A stretch of DNA of 47,279 nucleotides from Oligoflexia bacterium (GTDB taxonomy: Bacteria > Bdellovibrionota > Bdellovibrionia > JABDDW01). Where the stretch lies: the NCBI GenBank assembly GCA_043732305.1, contig JAYTHU010000010.1, positions 1-47,279 of the forward strand, given 5' to 3'. Shown here piece by piece: positions 1-9,267 of this stretch. Each line of letters begins with the position of its first letter. The stretch's first letter is position 1. The translations under genes and the position numbers were made by a program. The notes beneath the pieces are model-generated. The model worked only from the letters and a program-made list of their open reading frames with translations, was not told the DNA's origin and ran no database searches.

Positions 1-1
1 T

Positions 2-1069
2 AAACGTCCCGTGCTTGAGGCTGTGAAATGCTCTTTGGATAATTCTTTTTATAATCCTAAGGTCGGATATTTAACTCCTGGCGATAAAATGGTCCGGACC
101 GAACTCAATGTGTCGTCAGTTCAGAAACTCGCGCGAGTGGTTTTTGTATTGGAAATTTTATTGCGAAATTTAGATATTGGCGCAGTCAATACCAAGCGCG
201 AATTGTATTACATCTGCAAAGGTCTCATCAAAGGCGATACAAAAAACAAGCCTCTCGATTTTGATGATCAATCGGAAAGTGATTCAGTTATTGATTTTAT
301 TGGAGACATGCTCCAGGTTTATCGTGAAGAGCTCAATTGTTTTGCCAATGATCGCGGTGGACAAACTTATTCTCAGCAGTTGATCGTGACCGAAAGTTTG
401 CCAGATGGTGAAAAAGCGGTTGTCGATTTAGGAACTTTAGGGACATCTCCTTTTCAGCCTAAGAATAAACCTCAGGCGCTTAAATTGCGCTCGAAAAAGA
501 AAATTGATTTTTGTTTGATTGTGGAATCTGAAGGTACCGCGAATACACTTGTGAGTATGGGGTTCACCAAACGTAACAATTGTATTTTGATGGGTGCTCA
601 GGGCGTTCCATCAAATGGCGTGCGTGGATGGTGCAAGCTGATTGAAGAAGATTTAAATATTCCAATGTATTTCTTTGGAGATTTGGACGCGTACACTATT
701 CAGAATATCTACCGAACATTAAAAGCAGGCTCTGCAGCCAGCCTTATTCGTAATGCTGATTTCTCTGCACCTAGTGTGAGATTTCTGGGCGTGCTTCCTG
801 AAGACGTAAAAAAGTATGATCTCTTTTGCTATGATGTAAAAGAAAATGATCCCGTGGAAGCTCGGTCTTTGAAAAAAGCCAAAGATGCAATGGAAAATGA
901 TCCATTTTTCTTGGACAAGAAGAATAAAAAATTAGTCGATATTCTCAAATGGCTTATCAGCGAAAAACAACGTTGCGAGCAGCAAGCTTTTTTCTCCGTC
1001 GATCCCAAAGATCCAATTAAGATGGAAAAAATTATCCTCGAAAAAATCCGAACCGGAAGTTACATTTAA
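2..1069 (+). CDS. top6A: DNA topoisomerase VI subunit A (Spo11-like), probably 5'-truncated by the window edge
   Basis: Winged-helix motif TKRELYY (catalytic Tyr) followed by DQSESD; Toprim motifs VESEG, GAQGVP and GDLDAY (DxD); C-terminal KQRCEQQA. The frame stays open upstream of the GTG at 11 to the window edge. Confidence 0.9.
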   Translation, partial: KRPVLEAVKCSLDNSFYNPKVGYLTPGDKMVRTELNVSSVQKLARVVFVLEILLRNLDIGAVNTKRELYYICKGLIKGDTKNKPLDFDDQSESDSVIDFIGDMLQVYREELNCFANDRGGQTYSQQLIVTESLPDGEKAVVDLGTLGTSPFQPKNKPQALKLRSKKKIDFCLIVESEGTANTLVSMGFTKRNNCILMGAQGVPSNGVRGWCKLIEEDLNIPMYFFGDLDAYTIQNIYRTLKAGSAASLIRNADFSAPSVRFLGVLPEDVKKYDLFCYDVKENDPVEARSLKKAKDAMENDPFFLDKKNKKLVDILKWLISEKQRCEQQAFFSVDPKDPIKMEKIILEKIRTGSYI

Positions 1070-1342
1070 TTTCCGCTCGTAGGGCAGGGTAATTTTCTTT
1101 TGAAAAATCTTATTACGCTATGTCGCAGACATCCCCAATTTGAGCACAGCCAAGATTCGATACACTAAAGTTTTGGCGGAATGTCTATATCTTTGAGAAG
1201 GTGGCATGGTCAGAGCCATAAGATCCTAAATCTCTACAACTAAATCAAGCTTGCGAAAACTTCAATAGAACGTAAGCTTTAAGCCTAGACACAAATGGTT
1301 CGCTTAATAATCGCAAATGTTCATAAAACAAAAGGAGAAAAC

Positions 1343-1639
1343 ATGAGGAAATTTATTACTGTTGCTTTTCTAGCTGTTGCCGCTCAAATGATTTTGTCGT
1401 CTTCGATCGCGTTGGCCGTAAAAGATGGCTCTGACGTTCCCGCATGTGCCGGTGTGACCGATGTATGTATGAAGGCTGGCTACGAGCCAGGCGAACATAA
1501 AAAAGATGGCAAGGGTCTGTGGATGGATTGTGTGGTACCTGTTGCTCATGGAAAAACTGTCGCAGGTGTAACTGGCATCACGCAAGCCGCAGCACACGCT
1601 TGCGGACAAGCTGAAAGAGCAGCTCATCCTAAAAAGTAA
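1343..1639 (+). CDS. Small secreted cysteine-containing hypothetical protein (98 aa)
   Basis: Strong RBS AAAGGAG at 1331-1337 before ATG 1343 (preferred over 1295); signal peptide MRKFITVAFLAVAAQMILSSSIALA; four Cys in the mature part. Confidence 0.8.
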   Translation: MRKFITVAFLAVAAQMILSSSIALAVKDGSDVPACAGVTDVCMKAGYEPGEHKKDGKGLWMDCVVPVAHGKTVAGVTGITQAAAHACGQAERAAHPKK

Positions 1640-1663
1640 CTCCAAATTTAAAAATGATTTGAG

Positions 1664-1693
1664 TAAATGGGAACGAGTAATCGCTCCCATTTA
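1664..1693. terminator. Hairpin between convergent genes, probable bidirectional terminator
   Basis: TAAATGGGAACGA-GTAA-TCGCTCCCATTTA: 13-bp stem with one mismatch and a GTAA tetraloop, AT-rich flanks, between stop codons at 1639 (+) and 1706 (-). Confidence 0.65.
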
Positions 1694-1705
1694 TATTAGA
1701 AAGAC

Positions 1706-2620
1706 TTATGACTCCCAGTGAGGCTCAAAGCCGATAGCAGTCAGTGTTGAAGTGTCTGCGCCACCGAGGGGACGAAACTTATCTTCGCGTCTGTAGAATG
1801 GAATGTCAGCGCGAGTGGGTGGAATATATTTAGTCCACGCTGTTCGAACAAAGCGCAATGTTAATCCTGCGCCTTCAGAACCCATGTCGACCAAAAATCC
1901 ATCACGCGAGTGACAAGGTTGAATTTTAAATCCAGCCTTGAGACAAAGCTCTTTGCAGAATTCAAGGTCTGTGACTTTAAGTGTGAGCATTCGTGCGCCA
2001 TTGACCGCATCCAAAAATTTTCCACCAAGCATCAAGCGTCCAGCTTCAGTTTTATGACCAGCTTCATTCCATATGAATTTGCTTTTGGGACGGCCCGTGG
2101 CACTAGACCACTTGGTGGTGAACTCATCTGGAAGGGTGCTGTTGACGGCAAGAGCTTCAATGCCAAAGCAAGTGTTCGGATGCTTAAGAGGAAGAATTTT
2201 ATTTTCCAAACTTTTGTAATAATCTGCAGAGCCCATGACTATCCAAGCTTTTAGGTCAGGAGTCATGCTGTCAGGTAAATGGAATCCGTACCAAAGAGGA
2301 GCGCCTTCCGCATGATTGCTACCCGAGCGAGGTTTTTCCAGATCTACTTTTGCTTTTCGATAATCTTTGTAATCGTTGGCAATGTCATCGGACTCGAGTT
2401 CGATCCCAGTGATTCCTTCTTGGTCGGGTATGATTCCTATTTGATTGGAAGTTGGACCTGATTCTGAAGGCACAAGCTCAATGCTTTCATTTCCGAAACT
2501 CACAGAAAGATTTTGTGGGTATCGAGCCGAAGGTGAAACATCGAAGCCAAGCTTCTCAAATACAGAAGCTACTTTCTTAATATTTGCACTCGACCAGAAA
2601 ACAGAATTAAATTTTAGCAT
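1706..2620 (-). CDS. VOC/glyoxalase-like superfamily protein
   Basis: Repeated VOC-like modules: FEKLGF...SFGNESIELV, EGITGIELESDDI, HPNTCFGIEALAV, LTLKVTDL; RBS GGGGGA upstream. Confidence 0.65.
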   Translation of the reverse strand: MLKFNSVFWSSANIKKVASVFEKLGFDVSPSARYPQNLSVSFGNESIELVPSESGPTSNQIGIIPDQEGITGIELESDDIANDYKDYRKAKVDLEKPRSGSNHAEGAPLWYGFHLPDSMTPDLKAWIVMGSADYYKSLENKILPLKHPNTCFGIEALAVNSTLPDEFTTKWSSATGRPKSKFIWNEAGHKTEAGRLMLGGKFLDAVNGARMLTLKVTDLEFCKELCLKAGFKIQPCHSRDGFLVDMGSEGAGLTLRFVRTAWTKYIPPTRADIPFYRREDKFRPLGGADTSTLTAIGFEPHWES

Positions 2621-2639
2621 TGATCCCCCATTTTAAATC

Positions 2640-3260
2640 TCACAGTGCGTAATTCAAACCAAGAGCGAGAGTGGTGTAGCCACCAAGTTCAATAATCGCA
2701 CGAACGGCCCATTGAGGATTAAAGTAATACATTCCTGAGGCTCCAAGTTGAAAATAAACTCCTCCACCGCGGTTGATGCTATAGCTTGTGCCGTTGACAG
2801 TAACATTGCTAGAGCCAGCCAAGAAATTAAATCCAGCTCGAGGACCGACCAAAAATTTTCCTTGATCAAAATAAAAATCCCATCGTGCTTGAACTGGAAT
2901 TTCGATCAAGCTATAGGAAACACTAGCGCCGCCATAATTATCATTCACAAAGATGGCATTGACTCCAGATTCAACACTTAGACTTTGATCCACTTTGGGT
3001 AACAAGTTATCAGTCAAACGGTAAGCTGCCAAACCGCCGATTGCAAATCCTGGACTATAGAGACTTAGCATTCCCGAAAAATCCCAAGGTGTTGTTCCAT
3101 GGCGATCATAAACGGAGTGAGGTACTACATTTTGGGCATGAGTTGCGGTGATTACTTTTTTTCTTGGGTGGATGGGGGTGGTCGATTGTGCCGAAGCCAA
3201 ACCACCTAAAGAAGTCAAAATCACTAGTGCTACAAATACTACTGCGGTAAATTTAGACAT
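2640..3260 (-). CDS. Small outer-membrane beta-barrel protein
   Basis: Signal peptide ending ASA; alternating hydrophobic and Gly/aromatic-rich strands (IEIPVQARWDF, FLVGPRAGFNF, YFQLGASGMYYF); C-terminal strand LGLNYAL. Confidence 0.75.
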   Translation of the reverse strand: MSKFTAVVFVALVILTSLGGLASAQSTTPIHPRKKVITATHAQNVVPHSVYDRHGTTPWDFSGMLSLYSPGFAIGGLAAYRLTDNLLPKVDQSLSVESGVNAIFVNDNYGGASVSYSLIEIPVQARWDFYFDQGKFLVGPRAGFNFLAGSSNVTVNGTSYSINRGGGVYFQLGASGMYYFNPQWAVRAIIELGGYTTLALGLNYAL

Positions 3261-3310
3261 TTGCGAACCTCGCTTTTGAGATTTATTATTTCAAAACTTT
3301 GATCCCCCAT

Positions 3311-3338
3311 ATTTTGTCTTGGGTCCGAAAAAAGTCAA
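3311..3338 (-). promoter_or_regulatory. Putative sigma70 promoter of the outer-membrane protein gene
   Basis: Minus strand TTGACT-N16-CAAAAT, about 50 nt upstream of ATG 3260. Confidence 0.35.
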
Positions 3339-3393
3339 TCTAAAACTCGGCTATAATAGCTGCTTGCTTAACTCTTGCGACTTTGGAAGAATC

Positions 3394-4500
3394 ATGGGTA
3401 TGAGACACATAAAAATCATCGTGAGTGACTGTCATCTTGGCACTGGGGCGACGCTTCCTGATGGCGGCATAAATCCTTTGGAAGATTTTCGCAAGGACGA
3501 CAAATTTGTCGAATTTCTCAAGCATTACAGTGAGGGAAATTATGAAAATGACAGTGTGGAGCTCATCATTAACGGAGATTTCTTTGATCTTCTTCAGGCC
3601 AGTTCCAGCACGATCACGCCGTACGAAATTTTGGAAAGTGTGGCGATGCACAAAATCAAACGCATCCTCAAGGGACATCCACGAGTGACAGAAGCTATGC
3701 GTAAATTTTTAGATTCAACTGTGGGTGAGAAAAAGCGCACAATCAAATATATTTGGGGGAATCATGATGCTGGAGTTTGGTGGCCCGAAGTCAGGCGCAT
3801 CATTCACGAGGGTATCAGTCCGGAAATAGAATTCTTACTTTACCCTTACGAGTTTGACGGCGTTCGAGTGGAACACGGGCATCAGTATGAAATCATCCAT
3901 CACTTTGATACAGACAACATGTTTTTGGATCGTAAAGATAGAACCATTTTGAATTACCCTTTTGGTAGTTTTTTTGTGGCCGGGTTTTTAGTTCCTCTTA
4001 AGGAAAAGCGGTATTATATTTCTCAGGTTGTACCGTTCAGTAAATTTTTAAGATGGGGTCTGATTTTTGATTTTTGGTTCACGGTACGTCAGGGATTGAG
4101 AGCCGTAGGATTTTTTATTAAAATGAGATTTATTTCCCACCCGTTGCGCTTCACAAGATACTCAAAAACATTTCAGATCATTTATCAACTGATCAATAAA
4201 CCGCTGCTCCGACAAATGGCTCCAGAAATTTTGAAGAGCACAAATTCTAAAATACTGATCATGGGACATAATCACGAAGCTACGCATCGTCATTATCCTG
4301 ATGGCACTCAGTACGTGAACACCGGGACATGGACGGATGTGACCAGCTTTGATCCTGGAAGTTTAGGCCGAATGAGTCGGCCAACTTATGCTTATTTGGA
4401 ATATCCGCCAGACACAAAGCCCGGTCAGGGCATTTTGCCTAAAGTCAAGCTGAGGATTTGGCGCGGGAAACATCAAAGTTGGGAAGAATTCGAACCTTAA
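3394..4500 (+). CDS. Calcineurin-like metallophosphoesterase (LpxH-like fold)
   Basis: Complete motif set SDCHLG, NGDFFD, WGNHD, EHGHQYE, MGHNH, NTGTW. Start is ATG 3394 or 3400 rather than the TTG at 3319. Confidence 0.85.
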   Translation: MGMRHIKIIVSDCHLGTGATLPDGGINPLEDFRKDDKFVEFLKHYSEGNYENDSVELIINGDFFDLLQASSSTITPYEILESVAMHKIKRILKGHPRVTEAMRKFLDSTVGEKKRTIKYIWGNHDAGVWWPEVRRIIHEGISPEIEFLLYPYEFDGVRVEHGHQYEIIHHFDTDNMFLDRKDRTILNYPFGSFFVAGFLVPLKEKRYYISQVVPFSKFLRWGLIFDFWFTVRQGLRAVGFFIKMRFISHPLRFTRYSKTFQIIYQLINKPLLRQMAPEILKSTNSKILIMGHNHEATHRHYPDGTQYVNTGTWTDVTSFDPGSLGRMSRPTYAYLEYPPDTKPGQGILPKVKLRIWRGKHQSWEEFEP

Positions 4501-4506
4501 CAATAT

Positions 4507-5535
4507 TTATTGAGGTGTCATGACAAAAATCGGGCTCTCATAATTATTTACCGAAATATAAAACTGGCACGTGCCAAAACTCACTGGCTTCGGAAGCAAA
4601 ATATTAATTTGCGACACGTCATCATCAAGCACTAGTGCACTAGTAAGTTTTGAGAAAACGGCGCCGTCGCAACTTTCCCAAACTTGATCCTGAGCAAAGG
4701 AATTCGATTGACCGGCAACTCCGCCTAATGTTCCTCCAAAATTTCCCGTGAGAATCGCAGATACCCGTGAGGTGTTTTGCGGGTCAACACCACCATTCTT
4801 TATTTTTTTGATGATCAAAACGGAGTAGGTTGGGCTTTGTGCCCCACTGCCACTCACCGCAAAATGGCAGCTATAAAAATTTTTCGGCCTGGGCATCGTG
4901 AGAAGAATTGAGGTGCCGCTGTTGCTTCGAACTGCTGTCACGGGAGTAAAACTTTGGCCGTCACATGCTGCCGTTACGAGATCGTTTGATCCCGAGAATT
5001 TTCCTAAAAGAGTGACGTTTTCCAAGAGCATGTTTGCTGAACTTATTCCACTGTCGATCACCGAAGTGATAAACAAAGCGTTTTGTGAAAGTGACAAAAG
5101 CACTGCTTGAAAGTCGCTATTGTTGGGGCCGTCCTGCACGGAGAAATAACAAGTGTCATTCAAAGGGGCGAAGCTCACGCGAATTTGCTGGGATGTTTGG
5201 TTTACGATATTAAATTTTAAGTCGTCATTGTTTTCACATTCAACAACCACTGTGTCTGTTCCAGAAAAAATACCATTCAAATCCACGTGGATAAGGTGAT
5301 CCGTTGAGTTCACTCCGTAATTGGTGATCTGAAAAATCACAGGATTTATCTCCGGACTAATGCTTTGAGCAGTTTCTGCCCAAGGCGAGGAGGTGGGGTG
5401 GGTGCTCTCTTGTGATCCACAGTTTTGAAAGCTGAGGATCACAGTGGAGATGAGCGTGGATAGTAGTGTTATTTTCACGAACTGAGAGTCGATATATTTC
5501 GAAATGTTAGAATACTTTTTCCAATTTTTTCTCAC
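4507..5535 (-). CDS. Lipoprotein (FQNC motif) with three tandem Cys-paired Ig/IPT-like repeats
   Basis: Hydrophobic stretch ending LSFQNC; S/T/P-rich linker; three ~85-100 aa beta-rich repeats. Start uncertain (GTG 5535 or GTG 5478). Confidence 0.75.
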   Translation of the reverse strand: MRKNWKKYSNISKYIDSQFVKITLLSTLISTVILSFQNCGSQESTHPTSSPWAETAQSISPEINPVIFQITNYGVNSTDHLIHVDLNGIFSGTDTVVVECENNDDLKFNIVNQTSQQIRVSFAPLNDTCYFSVQDGPNNSDFQAVLLSLSQNALFITSVIDSGISSANMLLENVTLLGKFSGSNDLVTAACDGQSFTPVTAVRSNSGTSILLTMPRPKNFYSCHFAVSGSGAQSPTYSVLIIKKIKNGGVDPQNTSRVSAILTGNFGGTLGGVAGQSNSFAQDQVWESCDGAVFSKLTSALVLDDDVSQINILLPKPVSFGTCQFYISVNNYESPIFVMTPQ

Positions 5536-5541
5536 ATGACT

Positions 5542-5569
5542 GTATCGGCAGTTTTTTGCGTAGATTTTA
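5542..5569 (-). promoter_or_regulatory. Putative sigma28 (FliA) promoter
   Basis: Minus strand TAAA-N16-GCCGATAC against the consensus TAAA-N15-GCCGATAA, directly upstream of the FQNC lipoprotein gene. Confidence 0.55.
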
Positions 5570-5595
5570 GGGAAATACTGAAATATGAGTGTCGT

Positions 5596-7440
5596 ATGCC
5601 AATTAGAATTCTTGACGACAATACCATCAATAAGATCGCCGCTGGCGAGGTCATTGAGCGCCCAGCCAGTGCACTCAAGGAACTCCTTGAGAATGCGATT
5701 GACGGTGGGGCGACTAAGATCGAAGTGACTTTTGAGGAGGGTGGCAAAAATCTAGTTCGTGTCTCAGACAATGGTAAGGGTATTGTGGCAGAAGAACTCT
5801 CCCTCGCGCTTCAAAGACACGCTACAAGTAAGATCGAGCGAGTCGAGGATCTGTTTGCGTTATCTACAATGGGTTTTCGCGGTGAGGCTCTGGCGTCGAT
5901 TGCGGCGGTAAGTCTACTTTCTATTTCCTCCACACCCACAGGTTCCGCCAAGGGTGCAAAAGTCACTGTCACCGGTGGGAACATAGGTGAGATTCAACCT
6001 TCTGCGCCTTTGAATGGCACTCAGGTCGAAGTGAAGAATCTTTTTTACAATGTTCCCGCGCGACAGAAATTTTTAAAATCGACAGGTGGAGAAACCACAG
6101 CGCTGAAAAAAGTTTTTAAGAATTTTGCTTTAATCAATTCAAAAGTGGCACTCACTCTCAAGCAAGATTCTAAGCAAACTCTTTTCTATCCGGCGCAAGA
6201 TTTTGTAAAACGTTGCAGTGATGTCCTTGGTGTCCAATCGTCTGATTGTTTTTATCTCCAAACAAATTTAGACGGATTTGAAATTGAAGCTGTTTTGGTT
6301 CACCCTAAACTCAATCTTTCCACGCAAATTGGGATTTACGTTTTTGTTCAAGAGCGCCCGGTTCAGGATCGACTTATCTCTCAGGCAATCATGGAGGGAT
6401 ATCGAAACTTGGTGATGGATCACCAGTTTCCTCAAGCTGTTGTTTCCTTAAAAGTTCCCAAAGATTTTGTTGATGTGAATGTTCATCCCGCAAAACTTCA
6501 GGTGAAGTTTCAGAGTTCTTCTACTGTTTTTCGATTGGTGAGTTCACAAATTCAAAAGCTACTCACTGAGAAGCTAGAATCATCAATTAATCCCGTTTCT
6601 TTCGGACCGGGATCACTAGGTGCTAGCTTCTACGATAAAATTTCTCCCTATGAAGCGCACACACAGCAGGAATTAGTTCGAGACACGACCATCCAGTACA
6701 ATCAAAAAACAATGGTGGTACCCACTTATACAGTCGCTCCACTTTTGCTCGACGAAGACACCGTTTTTCCGCAAATTATTCCAGAAACTTTAACAGATAT
6801 TTTTCCTGCTGAAAGTCAGTTGGCTTCCGCCACTCACACGCCAAAAATTTCTACCAGCACTTGGTCGGGGCTGCAGGTGATTGGTCAACTTGCCAACACT
6901 TACATTTTAACTCAATCTCCTAAAGGCCTGGTGATGATTGATCAGCATGCGGCCCACGAGCGCGTTTTATTTGAGCGATTGAAAAATCAAAATAAGATTG
7001 AAAAACAAGCTTCACTCTTTGAAGATCTCATTGAACTTGATTCCGATCAAATCGAAGTGATCACGTCTCCTCAGTGGCAGGAGCATTTTGAGCGTTGGGG
7101 ATTTGAATTCCATCAACGTGGAACTAACACTCTGGCTATCACCACGCGACCGGCTTTTCTGTCAGACTCAGGACTCAAGCCTTTGATTGAAAGATTGAGT
7201 GAGCAGATTTCTGAAAATGGAAGTCATGGAGCGATTCAAGAGGTGATTCATGATATTTGGGCTAGCATGAGTTGTCATGGAGCGATCAGAGCCGGAAAAG
7301 TCATGAGTAACGATGAAATGAAAGCGCTTCTAAATCAAATGGAGGAATATTCTTTTTCGAGTTTCTGTCCTCACGGGAGACCTGTGAGTGTGCAGCTGAG
7401 TCTTTATGATCTCGAAAAATTATTCAAGCGGATCGTATGA
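5596..7440 (+). CDS. mutL: DNA mismatch repair endonuclease MutL
   Basis: NKIAAGEVIERP, KELLENAIDG, GFRGEALASI, VDVNVHP; endonuclease motifs DQHAAHER, SCHGAI, CPHGRP. Start MPIRIL at 5596. Confidence 0.98.
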   Translation: MPIRILDDNTINKIAAGEVIERPASALKELLENAIDGGATKIEVTFEEGGKNLVRVSDNGKGIVAEELSLALQRHATSKIERVEDLFALSTMGFRGEALASIAAVSLLSISSTPTGSAKGAKVTVTGGNIGEIQPSAPLNGTQVEVKNLFYNVPARQKFLKSTGGETTALKKVFKNFALINSKVALTLKQDSKQTLFYPAQDFVKRCSDVLGVQSSDCFYLQTNLDGFEIEAVLVHPKLNLSTQIGIYVFVQERPVQDRLISQAIMEGYRNLVMDHQFPQAVVSLKVPKDFVDVNVHPAKLQVKFQSSSTVFRLVSSQIQKLLTEKLESSINPVSFGPGSLGASFYDKISPYEAHTQQELVRDTTIQYNQKTMVVPTYTVAPLLLDEDTVFPQIIPETLTDIFPAESQLASATHTPKISTSTWSGLQVIGQLANTYILTQSPKGLVMIDQHAAHERVLFERLKNQNKIEKQASLFEDLIELDSDQIEVITSPQWQEHFERWGFEFHQRGTNTLAITTRPAFLSDSGLKPLIERLSEQISENGSHGAIQEVIHDIWASMSCHGAIRAGKVMSNDEMKALLNQMEEYSFSSFCPHGRPVSVQLSLYDLEKLFKRIV

Positions 7441-8345
7441 AAAAAAATGGACGGGTCATTGTTATCTGCGGGTCTACAGCCACTGGAAAAACCAGTTTAG
7501 CGCTCGCTCTTGCGCGAAAATTTAAATCGGAAATTATAAATTTCGACAGTGTGCAAGTTTACAAAGAATTCGATATCGGAACTGCCAAGCCATCAAGACA
7601 TGAGTTGGAATTGGTGAAGCATCGTTTGATTGACGAAGTCGAGCCTGATGAAAATTTCACCGCGGGAGACTTTCGGAGGCGTGCTCTTGAAGTTCTTGAA
7701 CCCGGTTCTATCTTATGCGGAGGAACCGGGTTTTATTTGCAAGCGCTTCTCAAGGGAATGTTTGAAGCTCCGCCTGCGAATGATTTTGTGAAACATAAGC
7801 TCGCTGCTGAAGTCAAATCCCTAGGTCTCGAAAAACTTCATTTGAGACTCAAGCAACTTGATCCTGAAACTGCCGCCAGAATTCATATCAATGACCAATA
7901 CCGAATAATTAGAGCACTGGAAATAATTCAGTCCGAAGGAAAAACTCTTTCGGAAATTAAAAGAAAGTTCGTGCCGGAGCCTTTTCCATTTTCAGTTTTG
8001 AAAATTGGCCTGCGCCGAGAGAAAGACAAATTGCGGGAGGCCATTGCTCAGAGATCTGCCGTGATGATGAAGAATGGACTGATTGCAGAAGTGAAGGGCC
8101 TTGTGGCTAAGTGGGGTCGTGATATTCGCCCACTGCAGGCGGTGGGTTACAAAGAAGCTTTAGAATTTCTAAACGGTAATATTGGTACTGAACGAGAATT
8201 GGCTGGTCTCATTTCGCTTCACACTTTGCAACTGGCAAAGCGCCAGGCCACTTGGTTCAAGCGAGATTTGGAAATTCATTGGATGGATCCCGATAAGCAA
8301 GATGTCGTGGAGGATTCAATAAGCATTCTTGACAAAAACCCTTAA
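7437..8345 (+). CDS. miaA: tRNA dimethylallyltransferase
   Basis: GSTATGKT, DSVQVY, DIGTAKP, GGTGFY, AKRQATWF; ATGA overlap with mutL. Confidence 0.97.
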   Translation: MKKNGRVIVICGSTATGKTSLALALARKFKSEIINFDSVQVYKEFDIGTAKPSRHELELVKHRLIDEVEPDENFTAGDFRRRALEVLEPGSILCGGTGFYLQALLKGMFEAPPANDFVKHKLAAEVKSLGLEKLHLRLKQLDPETAARIHINDQYRIIRALEIIQSEGKTLSEIKRKFVPEPFPFSVLKIGLRREKDKLREAIAQRSAVMMKNGLIAEVKGLVAKWGRDIRPLQAVGYKEALEFLNGNIGTERELAGLISLHTLQLAKRQATWFKRDLEIHWMDPDKQDVVEDSISILDKNP

Positions 8346-8379
8346 ATTTCAAATACTCCCGCCAAAGAAGGACATCATA

Positions 8380-9267
8380 ATGATTACAAGCATGACCGGG
8401 TTTGGCTCTGCCACCCAAAAGAATAAAAAAATGAGTGTGGTCATCCAGATCAAAACTGTGAATGGTCGTTTTTTTGAACCAAAGTTTCGCACTCCAAAAA
8501 TTTATCAAAGCTTTGAATCGGAAATGAAGAATATCATTCACGCAAAAATTCAGCGTGGGAATGTCGATATTCAAATCAATCGGTCGCTAGCCATGGAAAT
8601 CGAAGGCGGGATGCAAGTTATTCCAAATCTTGGTCTAGCTAAAAGTTGGTGGAAAGCGGCGGCTCATGTGGCCGAAGAACTCAGTCTCAAGCTGCCCCCT
8701 TCTATTGACTCCATTTTAAGAGTTCCAGAAATATTTCAAGTTCAAGAAAATTTTTTAGAGATCGAAGACTCAGAGAAAGATTTGATCTTAATGACTCTTT
8801 CTCTTGCTGTGGAAAAATGCGTGGAAGAACGCAACCGCGAAGGTCGCGAACTGAGTGGGGAGCTTTCTAAACTTTTGGAAAGTCTGGCCACTTTTTGTGA
8901 AAGTGTTGATGCTCGCAAAGCAGATTTTGACGGAAGTCTCAAAAAAAATCTCGAGAAAAAAATCAAGAAACTGTCTAGCGAGTATGCGCTTGATGATCAC
9001 AGACTCAATCAGGAGGCACTTTTCCTAATTGAAAGGGCGGATATATCTGAAGAGATCGCTCGTCTCAAGTCTCACATTGCTGGCTTTAAAAAAGCGATGA
9101 ATGAAGATAAGAGCGTAGGTAAGAAATTGGATTTCTTGGTTCAGGAATTCCACCGAGAAGTGAACACAATGAGTTCCAAAACTCAGGCGCTAGACATTGT
9201 TCTTGATGTTATTGAAGCAAAAACAGTTGTAGAAAAAATTCGTGAACAGGTTCAAAACATTGAGTAA
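8380..9267 (+). CDS. yicC: YicC/YloC family endoribonuclease
   Basis: MITSMTGFG start, IKTVNGRF, DISEEIARLKSH, GKKLDFLVQEFHREVNT, EKIREQVQNIE; lies next to gmk. Confidence 0.95.
   Translation: MITSMTGFGSATQKNKKMSVVIQIKTVNGRFFEPKFRTPKIYQSFESEMKNIIHAKIQRGNVDIQINRSLAMEIEGGMQVIPNLGLAKSWWKAAAHVAEELSLKLPPSIDSILRVPEIFQVQENFLEIEDSEKDLILMTLSLAVEKCVEERNREGRELSGELSKLLESLATFCESVDARKADFDGSLKKNLEKKIKKLSSEYALDDHRLNQEALFLIERADISEEIARLKSHIAGFKKAMNEDKSVGKKLDFLVQEFHREVNTMSSKTQALDIVLDVIEAKTVVEKIREQVQNIE

Noticed and set aside
1070..1342. Long intergenic region as a possible sRNA or gene remnant
   Set aside because: Only short stop-interrupted frames, and no convincing structure or known RNA motif.
2620..3310. 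Repeated TGATCCCCCAT near 2621 and 3300 (GGGGGATC also near 25290)
   Set aside because: Short and explainable as G-rich ribosome-binding sequence or chance; there is no array or mobile-element structure.
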